A DNA stretch of 64,000 nt from Malacoraja senta (taxonomy: Eukaryota), in contig CM075977.1 of the NCBI GenBank assembly GCA_038087875.1, positions 170,562,001 to 170,626,000 of the forward strand, in the 5' to 3' direction. The translations under genes were made by a program, and so were the position numbers. The stretch's first letter is position 1. Each line of letters opens with the position of its first letter. Positions 49,775 through 61,995 of this stretch are shown here, piece by piece. The notes under the pieces were generated by a model. It ran no database searches and had not been told where the DNA came from. It saw only the letters and a program-made list of their open reading frames with translations.

Positions 49775-52700
49775 TTCCCATTTCATACAAATCTCCAAAA
49801 CTTTTAATTCCTAATCTTTCCCAAAAGGTGTACACTTTATCAATAAGAGATGGCTTGAATGAGGGGTTATTTACTATTGGAGTTAAAAGCGATAAATTTC
49901 TTACTTTCAAAGTTAGTTTTATTTGTTTCCAAATTCGAATTGTATTGTGAATAATTGGGTTCTTCTTATATCTTGTATTGTTTAATTTTATCGGGGAAAA
50001 GAGGATCGCTCCTATATTAAAAGGAGAACAATCCTCTTTCTCCATTCTTATCCATTCTACCTGTTGGGCAGAGCTGTCCAACCAATTAATTATGTTTTTA
50101 ATATCTACTGCCCAATAGTAGTAAAAAAAGTTTGGGAGTGTCAGTCCCCCAAATTCTTTAGGTTTACACAGATGTTTTCTTTGGATTCTATGCACTCTAT
50201 AGTCCCATATGAAGTTAGTAATACTAGAATCTAATTTTTTAAAGACGTTTTTTGGTAAGTGTATTGGAATAGATTGAAATAGGTATAATATATGTAGTAG
50301 AAAAATCATTTTTATAGCATTTATTCTACCTATTAAAGACATCGGCAAGGTTTTCCAGAATTTAATCAACCCATTCAGTTTAGTTAGTAAAGGCATAACA
50401 TTTGCATTAAATAATGATTTATATTTTCTAGTAATTTGGATACACAAATACTTAAATTTTTCTGTTGCAATTTTAAAGGGAAATTTTAACAGATGTGTCG
50501 AGTCTTGTGGTTTTAACGTCATAATTTCACTTCCAATTTATTCTATATCCTGAAAAGGAGCCAAATTCCTCCATTAAATTTAGTATGTTTGGTATACTAA
50601 TTTGCGAATTTGTGATGTATAATAATACGTCGTCTGAGTATAGTGAGATTTTATTATTTGAATCTTTGGTATTATATCCCCGTATATTCGGATGGCTTAT
50701 ACTTTCGGCTAAAGGCTCTATCACAAGTGCAAATAGTAGGGGTGATAGTGCACACCCCTGTCTATTGCCCCTTGTTAAATTAAATTTTAAAGATAACATA
50801 TTATTAGTCAGTATTCTAGCTGTCGGCTTATCATATAATAATTTAACCATGAAACGAAATTCTCTCCCATGTTAAATTTTTGCAATACTTTATAAAGATA
50901 TGGCCATTCTACTTGATCAAATGCTTTTTCTGCATCCAATGAAATAATTGATACATCTTCTTCTTCAGTTTTTAGTGAGTACATTATACTAAACAAGCGT
51001 CTTAGATTATTGGCTAAGTATCTTTTAGATATAAACCCCGTTTGATCCGGGTTTATTAGTTTGTTAACGTATTTACTCAGTCTTCTCGCTAAAGTCTTTG
51101 CTAGTATTTTCTGATCTGTATTTAAGAATGCTATAGCTCTGTAAGAGCCAGGTTCTTCTAGATCTTTATCTTTTTTTGGTATGAGTATAATGGTTGATTC
51201 AGCTACTGTTTCTGGTAATGTGTTTTCCTTAAAGGCATGAGTATATAATTTTTGTAGACGGGGAGAAATTATCTCATGGAATCTTTTGTAAAATTCGTTG
51301 CTAAAACCATCTGATCCTGGAGTTTTGCCATTTTTCAACGAGTTTATTGTTTCTTCTATTTCTTTAAGTGTAATCTGAGCTCCTAACTCCTCTTGTTCCA
51401 ACAAAGTAAGTTTAGGAAGGTTGCAGTTATCTAAGAAATTTGTTATTTTAATGTTATCTGCTGTAGTTTTAGATGTATATAAGTTTTGATAAAATTGGGC
51501 AAATCTTTTATTAATATCTTTTGGTAATGTTAGTAATTCACCCTTATCTGATTTGATTTTTGTAATTGTATTTTCCTTTTCGCGTTTTTTCAGCTGACGT
51601 GCTAGAAGTTTCTGTGGTTTATCGCCAAATTCAAAATGTTCCTGTTTTGTCATTTGAAATAATCTTATTACTCTTGCCGATAAAATTTTATTTAATTTAA
51701 ATTTCAATAAGGCATTATCTAGGTCTAATTGTCTGATTTCTTGTTCTAACTGCTGTTGTTCTGTGTTATTCTTTCTATTTTGGAAGGCTTGATATGAAAT
51801 TATAACTCCTCTCATGAATGCCTTAAAAGTTTCCCATAATAACGAAGGTGAAATACCTGTTGTATCATTGGTCTCAAAAAAGAGGTTCATCTGTTGTTTT
51901 AAATATGTACTACCCTGTGGGTTATTTAGAATTTGGGGATTAAACCTCCAGAATGCCTTTCTATCCGTCATTCCTTCTATTTTAATGAAAAAGTTAACAG
52001 AGAGTGATCAGAAATACTGCAATTATGATATTTAGGGCTAATTGTATACGGGATCAATTTCGTCTCTACTAAAAAATAGTCAAGTCGTGAATACATTTTA
52101 TGTCCCGTCGAATAAAATGAGTATTCCCTCCCAACTGGATTGACAATTCTCCATACGTCTGTTATATTTGTATGTTTTATATATGTATTCAGGAGTTCAC
52201 TCGTTTTAGATTTTAGATTACTCCTTTTATGTTTTGCAGATTTATCCAAATATGGATCTAAGACTCAGTTGAAATCCCCCCCTATTATCAAATGTTGATA
52301 ATTAAACTCTGAAATCATATCCAGAATTTTCTTAAAGAATTGAGGGTTATCAAAATTAGGCGCATAAATGTTTATCAGTAATTGGAGTTGAGTGAATTTC
52401 TCCCGTAACTATAACATACCTTCCCTCCTTATCTAATATGGTGTTTTTGCATTTAAATGGTATACCTTTACGAATGATAATAGCCATCCCTCTAGATTTA
52501 GAAGTAAATGAGGAATAATATGTTTGCCCGATCCAATTTGCCTTCAATCTTATCTGTGTTTGTTGTTTCAGGTGTGTTTCCTGCAAAAACATTATGTCAC
52601 AATTCAGTGATTTTAATTGAGCACGTACCTTGCCCCTTTTAATTGGTTCATTAGCGCCCCTTATATTCCAACTACAGAACGTGACTCCTCCTGACTTCTT
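49775..52700 (-). pseudogene. L1 ORF2 (APE + RT), fragmented
   Basis: ORFs 52356-52592, 51977-52249, 50808-51971, 50527-50850 and 49749-50522. Confidence 0.9.
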
Positions 52701-53804
52701 TTGTTTATCGTCTTGCCTTGTGAATCATTTTATTACCCTTAAGTCATATGGTGCAACCCAGTACCTCAGAGCTCTAGGTGTTGGGTGGACGTCTCGAACT
52801 GCTGAGTTTATGTAACATCTCCTTTCCAGAGTAGACCTTAAAACCAACAAGAAAGCGTGAAGTGATGAAAGAGTAATAATAATTAAAACAATTTTAAAGG
52901 TGGTGTTAAAGTATTTAAAGAGTGATACCTTAATAAAAAGAAACTACCTAACAGTGGTGAATAAGTATTTGTGGACTTCCGTCGATGTTATTATACATTC
53001 AGCTCTGCCCCCTTGAACAAATATTTTAAAAGGGAAGAAAAGCCGCTTTAATATTATGAAATATATCCAAACTGGTAGAGAAAAAAAAGAAGAACCACCT
53101 GGGATGTAATATCTATATGCATCTCCAAGTAATCTAGTCTTGAGTATGTACTGAAATTTAGCCTATGTTAGTTTATATATCCCTATATACCTATACCCCA
53201 ACCATTATTACCTTCAGTTCCCCACTTAAATCCCCAAATTTGATTTTAAACAACAGCAGATTCCAACAGCAGGTTCCAAGGGGTTAACGGAGTCAGACTC
53301 CTGGATATCTTCCAAGTGTCTGGGTCTCCTCCCCCCTCATTACCCAAATCTTATACTAGTTCTGTTATGAATTTTTTAATGCTTAATATTAGTTAGTATA
53401 TATCTATAATTTTAGCTCATTATCCTTAAACTTAGATGTACATTAAAGTAGCTTAGTATTATTTAGTTAATTAGTTGTGTTAGTGAATTATTTGTGTTAA
53501 TATCTGGTTATATAAAAACAGAAACACAGATCAAACTTTTTTATAATCAAGTCCGTCTGTATTATTTCGCTTGTTCTCCGGCTTGAGGTTGTTTTCCATG
53601 TTCCATCACTTTGTTTTGTTTTTCTTTGAGTCCTTCATTCAAGGTGAAAAATAGCTTGCGACCTTGAATACACATTCCATGGAGATAACATGTCTGTCCG
53701 ACGCCTCATGTAAAATTCCGCCATCTTAATGAGAACCAGTTCTTTTTATTTTAAACAGAAAGAGTCTTATCTTCACCGATTCTGCTCTATAATATTCTTA
53801 GTTC

Positions 53805-54853
53805 TCAGTCCTTCTCCTTTACGATATCTTGTGCATATTTAAATGCCTCTTCTGGGTCCAAAAAGGCCCGTTCCCTGGAGTCATAGGTAATTCCCATTTT
53901 AGCCGGATACAAAATGCCATATCTTACCCCCGGGACTCCTTTCAAAATGTTTCTTGTTTTTGTGAACATGTTCCGTTTTCTGACTATTTCAGGCGGGTCG
54001 TCACGGAAAAAACGTAGATTATCCCCTTCAAATGCCAGATTCGAACCGTACGGAATCTTTTTCATTATATCTTCTACTGTAGAGATGTCAAGAAATTTCA
54101 CAATAATCTGCCTATGGGGGAACTCAGATCCAGTCTGAGCGCGACGGACCCGATGTGCCACATCTATTCTGGGATTTTCCGACAGCTTAAAAACTTGTTT
54201 AATTAAGTTGGCCGCAAATTCTCGGGGGTGCTTTCCAGCCTCCCTCCCTTCTTTTACTCCAACAATTCTTAAGTTCTGCCTTCTCTATCTCGCTTCCAAG
54301 TCCAAACATTTATCAGTCATTTTAACAAGTTGCCCCCCCAGCAGCTTCTTGTGCCTTTTTCAGTCTCTTTATCTCCTCAGCCATCTCACTCATTGTTGCA
54401 TCCATTTCTTCCATAATCTTGTCGCACTTTTGTGTAGCCTAAGCATAGAATCACATTTCTTGTTACAAGCTTTTTCCAGTCACTTGATCTCTGAAGCAAA
54501 CTCCTTCTCAACTTCTTTCACACGTTTCTCTAAATAATCAAATTTCTCCTTCAACTCATCGTTACCTTTTTTAATTTCTCTAGACAGCTTTTCCAGTAGT
54601 GAGACATTCCCATCCGATATCATCTGAGAAAGCCTTTGAGAAACTTCTTTCATAACTGACTCTTTTATCGATTGTTCCATTTGTTCCCCTTTCGTAGCCA
54701 TTTCAAAAGGTAACCTTTGGGGATCAGCTATGTCTTCTTCTTCTGAGCTTTCAGCTACTGTTTGAGAAGTTTGAGAAGCTTTGCCAAGTTCTTTAGTATA
54801 GCTTCTTGTGGCTGGTCTTTCAGGTCTCGGAGGAAGATTCCTTTTTTTTTCAT
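53805..54853 (-). pseudogene. L1 ORF1 (coiled coil + RRM + CTD), frameshifted
   Basis: ORFs 54480-54701 and 53805-54161. Confidence 0.85.
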
Positions 54854-56319
54854 TTAAAGTCGTGAATCTCCGCTAATTCACGGCGATTTCTGATGACGTC
54901 ATCAACGCGACGTCAAACAGCTCCGGTGAGTTTTTTAAATCGATCCTGTCATTTAAAACGGCTTTTTTTAACGATTTTTAACGGGAGCAGAGCTCAATGC
55001 AGCGCCCTTACTGTTCCATGGCACCACCGGAAGTCCTTGTGTATGTAGTCTTAACCTCAAATGTACTCTGTAAGGGTTATGGGCAGAGAACCCCAGGTGG
55101 CCAAACCAGCATAATAATAATTTTGGATTGTGCTTCCATTTTGTTAGCTGAAGGACAGGATGGGTAACAGCAATGAACGTGGGGGAGGAGTGGACTTGCA
55201 GGATGTCCAGTTCAATAGCCTTGAGAACTAGTGTCACTACCCATGCCCATGGCTGATTACTTCCTACTGTCAAACGTCTGGTCCATTTGCAGACACAGTG
55301 ACATCAACTAGTCCCACAGCCAATGTTCGGTTCCAGATATACGTGGATTATTGCTAACTGCAGGAGGTAAATGATCTTAGCTGATCTCACGCAAAGTCCC
55401 AGATCAATATCTGATTCAGACCATCGAACCAGTTCACAAATAATCTCCAAACGGTTTATTCATTTCATCAATTTGAATAACTGTCGGCTTAGTTCAACAA
55501 GAACTGCCAACCTTCCTCACGATTGAGTAAGTCTTAAGTATAGTTTGGTTTGGATGTGTGACTAGCTTTTACCTCATGGTGATCACCTTGGAGGCAACCC
55601 AAGTCCTTGAAACATGTGTATTGAGTTAATCTGAGAACATGGAGGCTGAATTAGAATATTTATTTTTAACTCTTTCTCTATATAATGTGACCATTACCCA
55701 GCTAAAGCTAAAGAATGTTTTAATTTCACAGGTTTTAGCAGTGAGAAGCAGCCACAAAAGGAGAAAGGATCATTCCAGTCTTAGTTAAAGGTTCGAGTGT
55801 ATTGTCAGTATTCACTTGTCATTAGAAATGCTTAAATCTTAGACTTGGGTTGTTTGCTTCAGCATTTGTCATCCAGCAGTTTTCCTGCCATTAGGAATGC
55901 TGGCAAATCATATGGTCACAGAAGCAGGTTTATGCCATTGACCAACCTTTCTTCTCATATGAAGACCCTTCGAGTCATGGGGAAAAGATAGGGTGAAAAT
56001 AAATGCATGACTTGTGCTCAAGTGGACTCTGAGATATGCTAGAGTGGTGGCAGCGAGGGAGTTGTCTTACTGTGGTTTCTCTTTAATCAATCTTCTGTCA
56101 GAGGTAGGCAAGCTGGGAGTCAGCAAGCAATAACTGTCCTTAATTGCCATCAAAAAGGTCGAGTGGTTGCCTTCCTGACCACATGGGCCACTTCAGATAA
56201 AGGAACGGTTATGTGGTCAACTCCAACAAATGAGGGACTGAAGAGGAACGAGAACATATTTCCAGGCCAGGATCATGTGCAATTTAGAACATGAGAACAT
56301 TCAAAAATAGGAACATGAC

Positions 56320-56640
56320 CAGGCCATTGGGCCCCTCCAACCTGGCCACCATTCAATGAGATTCTGGATGATTTGCCCTCAGCCTCATCTCTTCTGTACC
56401 AGTTTCCCTTAGGCTTTGGTTCTGCAATCTTTCAAAAATGCATGTACCTTGAGCAAAAACTGCCAGTGATCTAGGTATTGAATTCCAAGGATTCACCACC
56501 CTCTGTGACAAGAAGCTTCTGCACACTTCAGTTTTAAATAAAAGGTTCCCAAGCTTGTAATTATGTCTCTCCTTCAAATCTCTCCCATGAGTGGAAGCCA
56601 CGTCTACCCTTCATGCTCCCTCAGGATCTTCAATGTTTCA
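56320..56640 (-). mobile_element. Decayed CR1 3' fragment (another at ~57230-57450)
   Basis: LFKTEVCRSFLSQRVVNPWNSIP. Confidence 0.7.
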
Positions 56641-58093
56641 ATTTGTACACTAGCTTGTAGATACCATTGCCTCTAGGTTAAATAACAGCTTATTTTCATT
56701 AACAATCCGAGTCTTGAACCACACTGCACGACACTAATTGCAACCATACCTCAGTACTGGAGTACTATGAAGTTTGTGCAAGGGCTGCAGTGTGTACTTG
56801 CCATTGTCTGCTTATTTAGTATAACTGAATCTAATTGTATTATTGTATATTGTACATTTGTGTTGCTGTATTTACCTACCTGTTAAAGTTGTAACATTTA
56901 AGAATTTCATTAGTCCATTCCATAGGACAACAAAACACTCTCAGGGTTTCGGCCCAAAACGTTGCCTATTTCCTTCGCTCCATAGATGCTGCCTCACCCG
57001 CTGAGTTTCTCCAGCATTTTTGTCTACTCTCAATGACTAGTCTTGACTAAAATATCCAGCATTTGTTGCCTTTGTTCTACCAAATGATAAAGGCTTTTGT
57101 GTGTTCTGCCACTTTGCTGATTGAGTTTGCAAGTTGACAGATTCTTCAGGAAGTTGGTAGATACTAGACAGCAGTGGATGCTGTGTTGATAATTGGGGTT
57201 GAGATTCACATGTGTTATAGAATGTTACAGTCTGGAGACAGGCCCTTCAGCTCAACTTGCCCACACCGGCCAACATGTCCTAGCCACACTAGTCCCACAT
57301 GCCCGCATTTGGTCCATATCCCTCCAAACCCGTCCTGTCCATGTACCTGTCTAACTGTTTCTTAAATGTTGGGATAGTCATTGCCTCAACTACCTCCTCT
57401 AGCAGCTTGTTCCATACATCCACCACCCCTTGTGTGAAAGAGTTACCCCTCAAGTACTCTGTCAACGAACGTTCCCTTTGTAAGCCTTAACCTCTCGGTT
57501 CTTCGCTCCTTGGATTTCAGATTATTGTTCCTGGAAGGCTCTCGGGGCAAGTTGTGGGAAATCTAATTTTCTGTCTTTGGTTTAAACTGTATGCGGGTTG
57601 AATATACATGGACCAATTAAACTGAGCAGATCTCGACTGAACATCCCTTACAAAATTCACATCAATAGTGGTACTTGCCATTCCTTCGGCATGTGCACAG
57701 ATTGTGCTCGTCCTTCATTCTTCAATTGTGTATCACAGATTGCACATCATCAACATTTTCTTCAAACAAGGAGCACATTAAAAACAAGAACAGGCACACT
57801 GAGAATAACTTGCTATCTCATAGAATTTATATCAAGTCTTTGTTTTTAATGCAGTTGCTACTTTTAAGTTAATTTACCTGAAAATGGATGGCATCAATTT
57901 TAATCGCAGACAGTTACAAATGGGCCAAGACAAAGTAGAATGATAATGAAGGGATGCGGAATGCTTCTGCTTTAGCTGCGTGACTGGGGTCTATAGTAGG
58001 ACCAGGTGGATGTAGCATATCTTTGCTGTTTAAATTGGGCTTAAACTGGACTTAAAACAACCAAACAGACACTTGCAACATCAGAAACAAGGA

Positions 58094-58320
58094 TAGACAC
58101 AAAATGCTGGAGTAACTCAGCGGGGCAGGCAACATCTCTGGAGAGAAGGAATGGGTGATGTTTTGGGTCGAGACGTCACCCATGTGCTGTCTGAAGAAGG
58201 GTCTCAACCTGAAATGTCACCCATTCCTTCTATCCAGAGATGCTGCCCGTCCCGCTGAGTTACTCCAGCATTTTGTGTGTATCATAGGTTTAAACCAGCA
58301 TCTACAGTTCCTTCCTACAT
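58094..58320. mobile_element. Palindromic hammerhead mini-element with 14-bp TSD
   Basis: TSD ATCAGAAACAAGGA at 58080-58093 and 58321-58334; inverted arms around gtctgaagaagggtctcaacctgaaatgtc. Confidence 0.85.
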
Positions 58321-58920
58321 ATCAGAAACAAGGAATTGGAGATGCTAGTTTACAAAAAAGGACAAAGTGTTGGAGTAACCCAGTGGGTCAGGCAGCATCT
58401 CTGGAGAACATAAGTGAGGTTTCAGGTTAGGACCCTTGTTCAGACTGATTGTAAGAGGGTTGGGGATGGGGGAAAAGAAAGCGGGGAGAGAGGAGAGCAG
58501 GTGATAGGTAGACACACTGTTTTTGGTTGGAACAAAGGCTAGATATTTGGTTTTTGGTTGGAACAAAGGCTAGATATTAAAATAGAAAGTGTGAGACAAA
58601 AAGATTGCAGTGTTGTGAATTTTGAAGCCAGAGGAAGGAATGTGGGTGGGGGATGAGGGAGGGGAGAAGTAAGTGAGAATCAGCTGGTCAGAAAGGGGAG
58701 GGGGCGGGAGTGAGGGTTGTAGGGGTCACTTGAAGTTTAAGAATTCAATGTTCATACTGTTGGGTTGTAAGCTACAAAAGGAGAATACGAGGTGTTGTTT
58801 CTCCAGTTTGCCTGTAGACTCATATTGGCAATGGAGGAGACCCAGGACAGAAAAGTTAGTATGGGAATGGGAAGAGGAGTCAAAATAGTTAGCAACTGGG
58901 AGATCCAGTAAGCCTTGGTG
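58321..58920 (-). mobile_element. Older PLE 3' fragment
   Basis: Antisense GIY-YIG tail (ttcaatgttcatactgttgggttgtaagc...) plus degenerate hammerhead repeat. Confidence 0.7.
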
Positions 58921-59564
58921 GCAAAGGCATCTTTGCTGGAAAGAGAGGTGGAGACATCTTTCTTAATTAATTCCTATAAGAGCCAGATTTGGACAGACCT
59001 TAAAAAGGATATGCAATCAACAGTTTTGGGAGAGTCTGCGGTTTCAGGGCTGCATGCATGGAGATAATTTGTGGTGAAATACAATAGGAATGGACAAAGC
59101 ATGTAGAATAACCGGCTCATATTCCTGCCAGCCACTTCAAATGAGAAAGGCTGCCTCTGTGCTGATGTTGGCACAGAAAAGCTACATTTCAAAGGATTGA
59201 CTTGCATGCATTGAGCTCTCGGTCTGTCCATGGCCTGGAGAGATCACCACAAGTAGTTTGATACCTTTGGCAATGTGCCTCTGGCAAAACAGGAAGAGAA
59301 ACACTATCTGCTGATGTCAACCTCTTCACAGCCAAAGGCATCAACATCGCCCCATTTGCAATGCAATAGTGCAATCAAAAGGTGGAACTGTTGGGAATAC
59401 TCTAATTCCCAACAGGTGGAACTGTTGGGAATACTCTACGTTTTGCTCCAGTTTTAAAATTGTATAACAATCCTGATATTTTCATTTCAGCTTCCATATT
59501 GAGACCCAGTAGTTTTCTTGTTGTTACTGACGTTTTACAATTAGGTTAAATAAACAATACAATG

Positions 59565-60005
59565 GTTGCCAAACATTTTAACTCCCCTTCCCATACTGAC
59601 CTTTCTGTCCTGGACCAACTCCACTGTCAGAGACAGGCCACACGCAAATTGGAGGAAATGCCTCATATTTCGCTTGGGCAGCTTACAACCTAGCGGTATG
59701 ATATCTCTCATTTCAAGTAACTCCTGCATTCCTTTCTCACCCTCCCCTTCCCCCCACCCTCTCAGTAATTCTACTAGTTCCACTGTTCACATCTTTGTAT
59801 CCCTGTTGTTAGCACATCTTCCCCAGCCATCGATGGGCCATTATGGACTCCATCCTTCCTGAGATAATCTGTTACCAGCCCTGTTTTGTGCTGGCCTTCT
59901 CTATCTTTCAGTCTGAAGAAGGGTTCTGACCCAAAATATCACCTATTCCTTTTCTCCAGAAATGCTGCCTGATCCGCTGAGTTACTCTAGCATTTTTAAC
60001 ATCTA
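59565..60005 (+). mobile_element. Older PLE 3' fragment
   Basis: CLIFRLGSLQPSGM; gtctgaagaagggttctgacccaaaatatc at ~59912. Confidence 0.72.
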
Positions 60006-60759
60006 TCTGAAGGAATTTCTGGGTTTTCTTGGTGAGGCAGAGTCAGGAACTCTCATCCAAATTTGTACTCGGGTATTGCAATTATCTATAATGCGCTAGG
60101 GACAAGGAGCTTTGTCTATAGAAGGCAGATGGTAGGTCTACGTCATGGCTTGATCAACTGAGGGGAGCCCAGGGAATGCTGGATGCACAAGGCATCGTTA
60201 GAAAAAAATGTATACACAAAGCTGCAAAATCTGTAGGGAAATCCAAGACCAACTTACCTGAAAACTCAGCAAAGCAAATAGGCCAGATATGCATGTGAAT
60301 CAGCAGTAACTACTGAGTTATGATTATGTTAAAGTTGATAATGCACAACGCCTGGTTCAGAAGTTAACCTGCCCACACAGATCAAGTATGAATCGTATAT
60401 TATGGATGATGTTCCAGTCTTCTCCATCACAATAGTTGGGTACAAACCATCCGACTAGTTGGACAGGCACACCATAAAGGATGAGAGGGAGTAACCCTGC
60501 GAGCTCTCAACATTAATTCCGAATGCTAAACAATTTCTTGGAATCACGTCGCATCTGCTCCTGATTACCACTTCCTGTCCTCCCTCAATTGGCGGATCAT
60601 TGATCCTCCATGCTGAACCATACCATGAAGAAGCTCTCGCAGTACCAAGGGCACAGAATGTACTGAAGCGTGAAGGTCTTCAATGTCCATCAACAGGCAC
60701 CAAGTACCACCACCATTGGCCAAGCTGGCCATGACTGAAGGATGTCAAGATAGGATCTG

Positions 60760-61095
60760 AGTTTAGTTTAGTTTACAGATGCAACATGACAACGGGCCCT
60801 TCGGCCCATGGAGTCCATGTCGACCATCGATCACCCGTTCACACAAGTCCTACGTTATCTCACTTTCGCCTCCACTCACTACACACTTGGGGGTAATTTA
60901 CAGAGGCCAATGAACCACAATCCCACGGGACTAGGGAATGTGGGAGGTAACCAGCGCACCTGGAGGAAACACACCCAGTCACAGGGAAACGTGCAAACTC
61001 CACGCAGACAGCTCGGGGGGGGGGGGGGGGTCAGGATCGAACCCGGGTCTCTGGCATTGCGAGGCAGCAGCTCTGCCAGCTGCACCACTATGCCA
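60760..61095 (-). mobile_element. HE1/V-SINE-like SINE
   Basis: gtttagtttagtt tail; gtcaggatcgaacccgggtctctggcattgcgaggcagcagctc. Confidence 0.82.
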
Positions 61096-61669
61096 GTGGT
61101 TGGTGAACCAACAGGTGGGATGAACCTACTTGAGCTGCTCCTCATTAACTCATTTAAGCAGATGCATCCATTTATGACAACATTGTACAAAATGACCAGC
61201 ATATTTTCCTCTTGGAGACAGAATCCCACCTTTACACCAAGTACATTCTCCACAGGGAACAGATCCAAGTCGTCAAAACCAGGCAACTACAATACCCTGT
61301 GAATCATCAGCAGGAGAAACACACACCACTACAACCTGAAAGCTGATGACTTGGCATCTCCCCCCACTCTATGTTATACACTCTGGCTCACTGAGGAGTG
61401 CAGAAAGGCATGCTTGGAGCAACAACAAACTAACCCAAAAGTGAGACATCAGCCTGATGGAGGCACACCCAGGCACGGTGAACAGTAAATTTAGCATGCA
61501 ATTGACAGTGCCTGAAACAACCAACTGGACCAAAGCCTACATTCTGTCACATCTAGGTCTTGGTTGGATTGCTCTTTGTCAGAGTCCTCCCCCTCGACCT
61601 TACCAACATGGGTGGCCCTATCAGGAGCACATGTATTCCTCAACAAAATGACAGAGCCCAGGAGGTGCG

Positions 61670-61995
61670 GCTGAAGCATCCACCACCATGTTCAGCCAAA
61701 AGTGTCAAGTGGATGATTCATCTTGGCTTCCTCCCGAGATCCTCACCGACAAAGTTAATCGTCAACCAATTCAATTTGCAGCGCTTGGTATCAAAGAACA
61801 GGTGAAAGCACTGGATACAAGAAAGACTGTGTGATCATGTGACATCCCAGCTGCAATACTGAAGATCTGCACTTCTGCTTCTGAGTAGGCTATTCTAATA
61901 CTGCTACAACAATGGCATCTTCCCACCAATATCAAAAATTGCTCTGATATACTAGTTCAGGGAAAGCTGGACAAATCCAAACTGGCCAATTATTG
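61670..61995 (+). mobile_element. Decayed LINE RT fragment, followed by a CR1 tail (~62000-62133)
   Basis: KALDTRK...DIPAAILKIC...KLDKSKLANY-like pre-RT segment; (CTATGTTT)n at ~62118-62133. Confidence 0.55.

Larger units (their letters stand above)
49773..55036 (-). mobile_element. L1 LINE, 5'-intact and 3'-truncated
   Basis: 5' end GGACTTCCGGTGGTGCCATGG; ORF1 (coiled coil, RRQNLRIVG, AHRV, YGILYPAK); ORF2 APE (FLQETH, SRLDYF, SDH) and RT (KTPGSDG, DQTGF, SLDAEKAFD, RQGCALSPLLF, YSDD). Confidence 0.93.

Noticed and set aside
60060-60750. Possible host exon or decayed LTR-element coding region
   Set aside because: No sustained ORF or recognisable motif; cannot be supported from sequence alone
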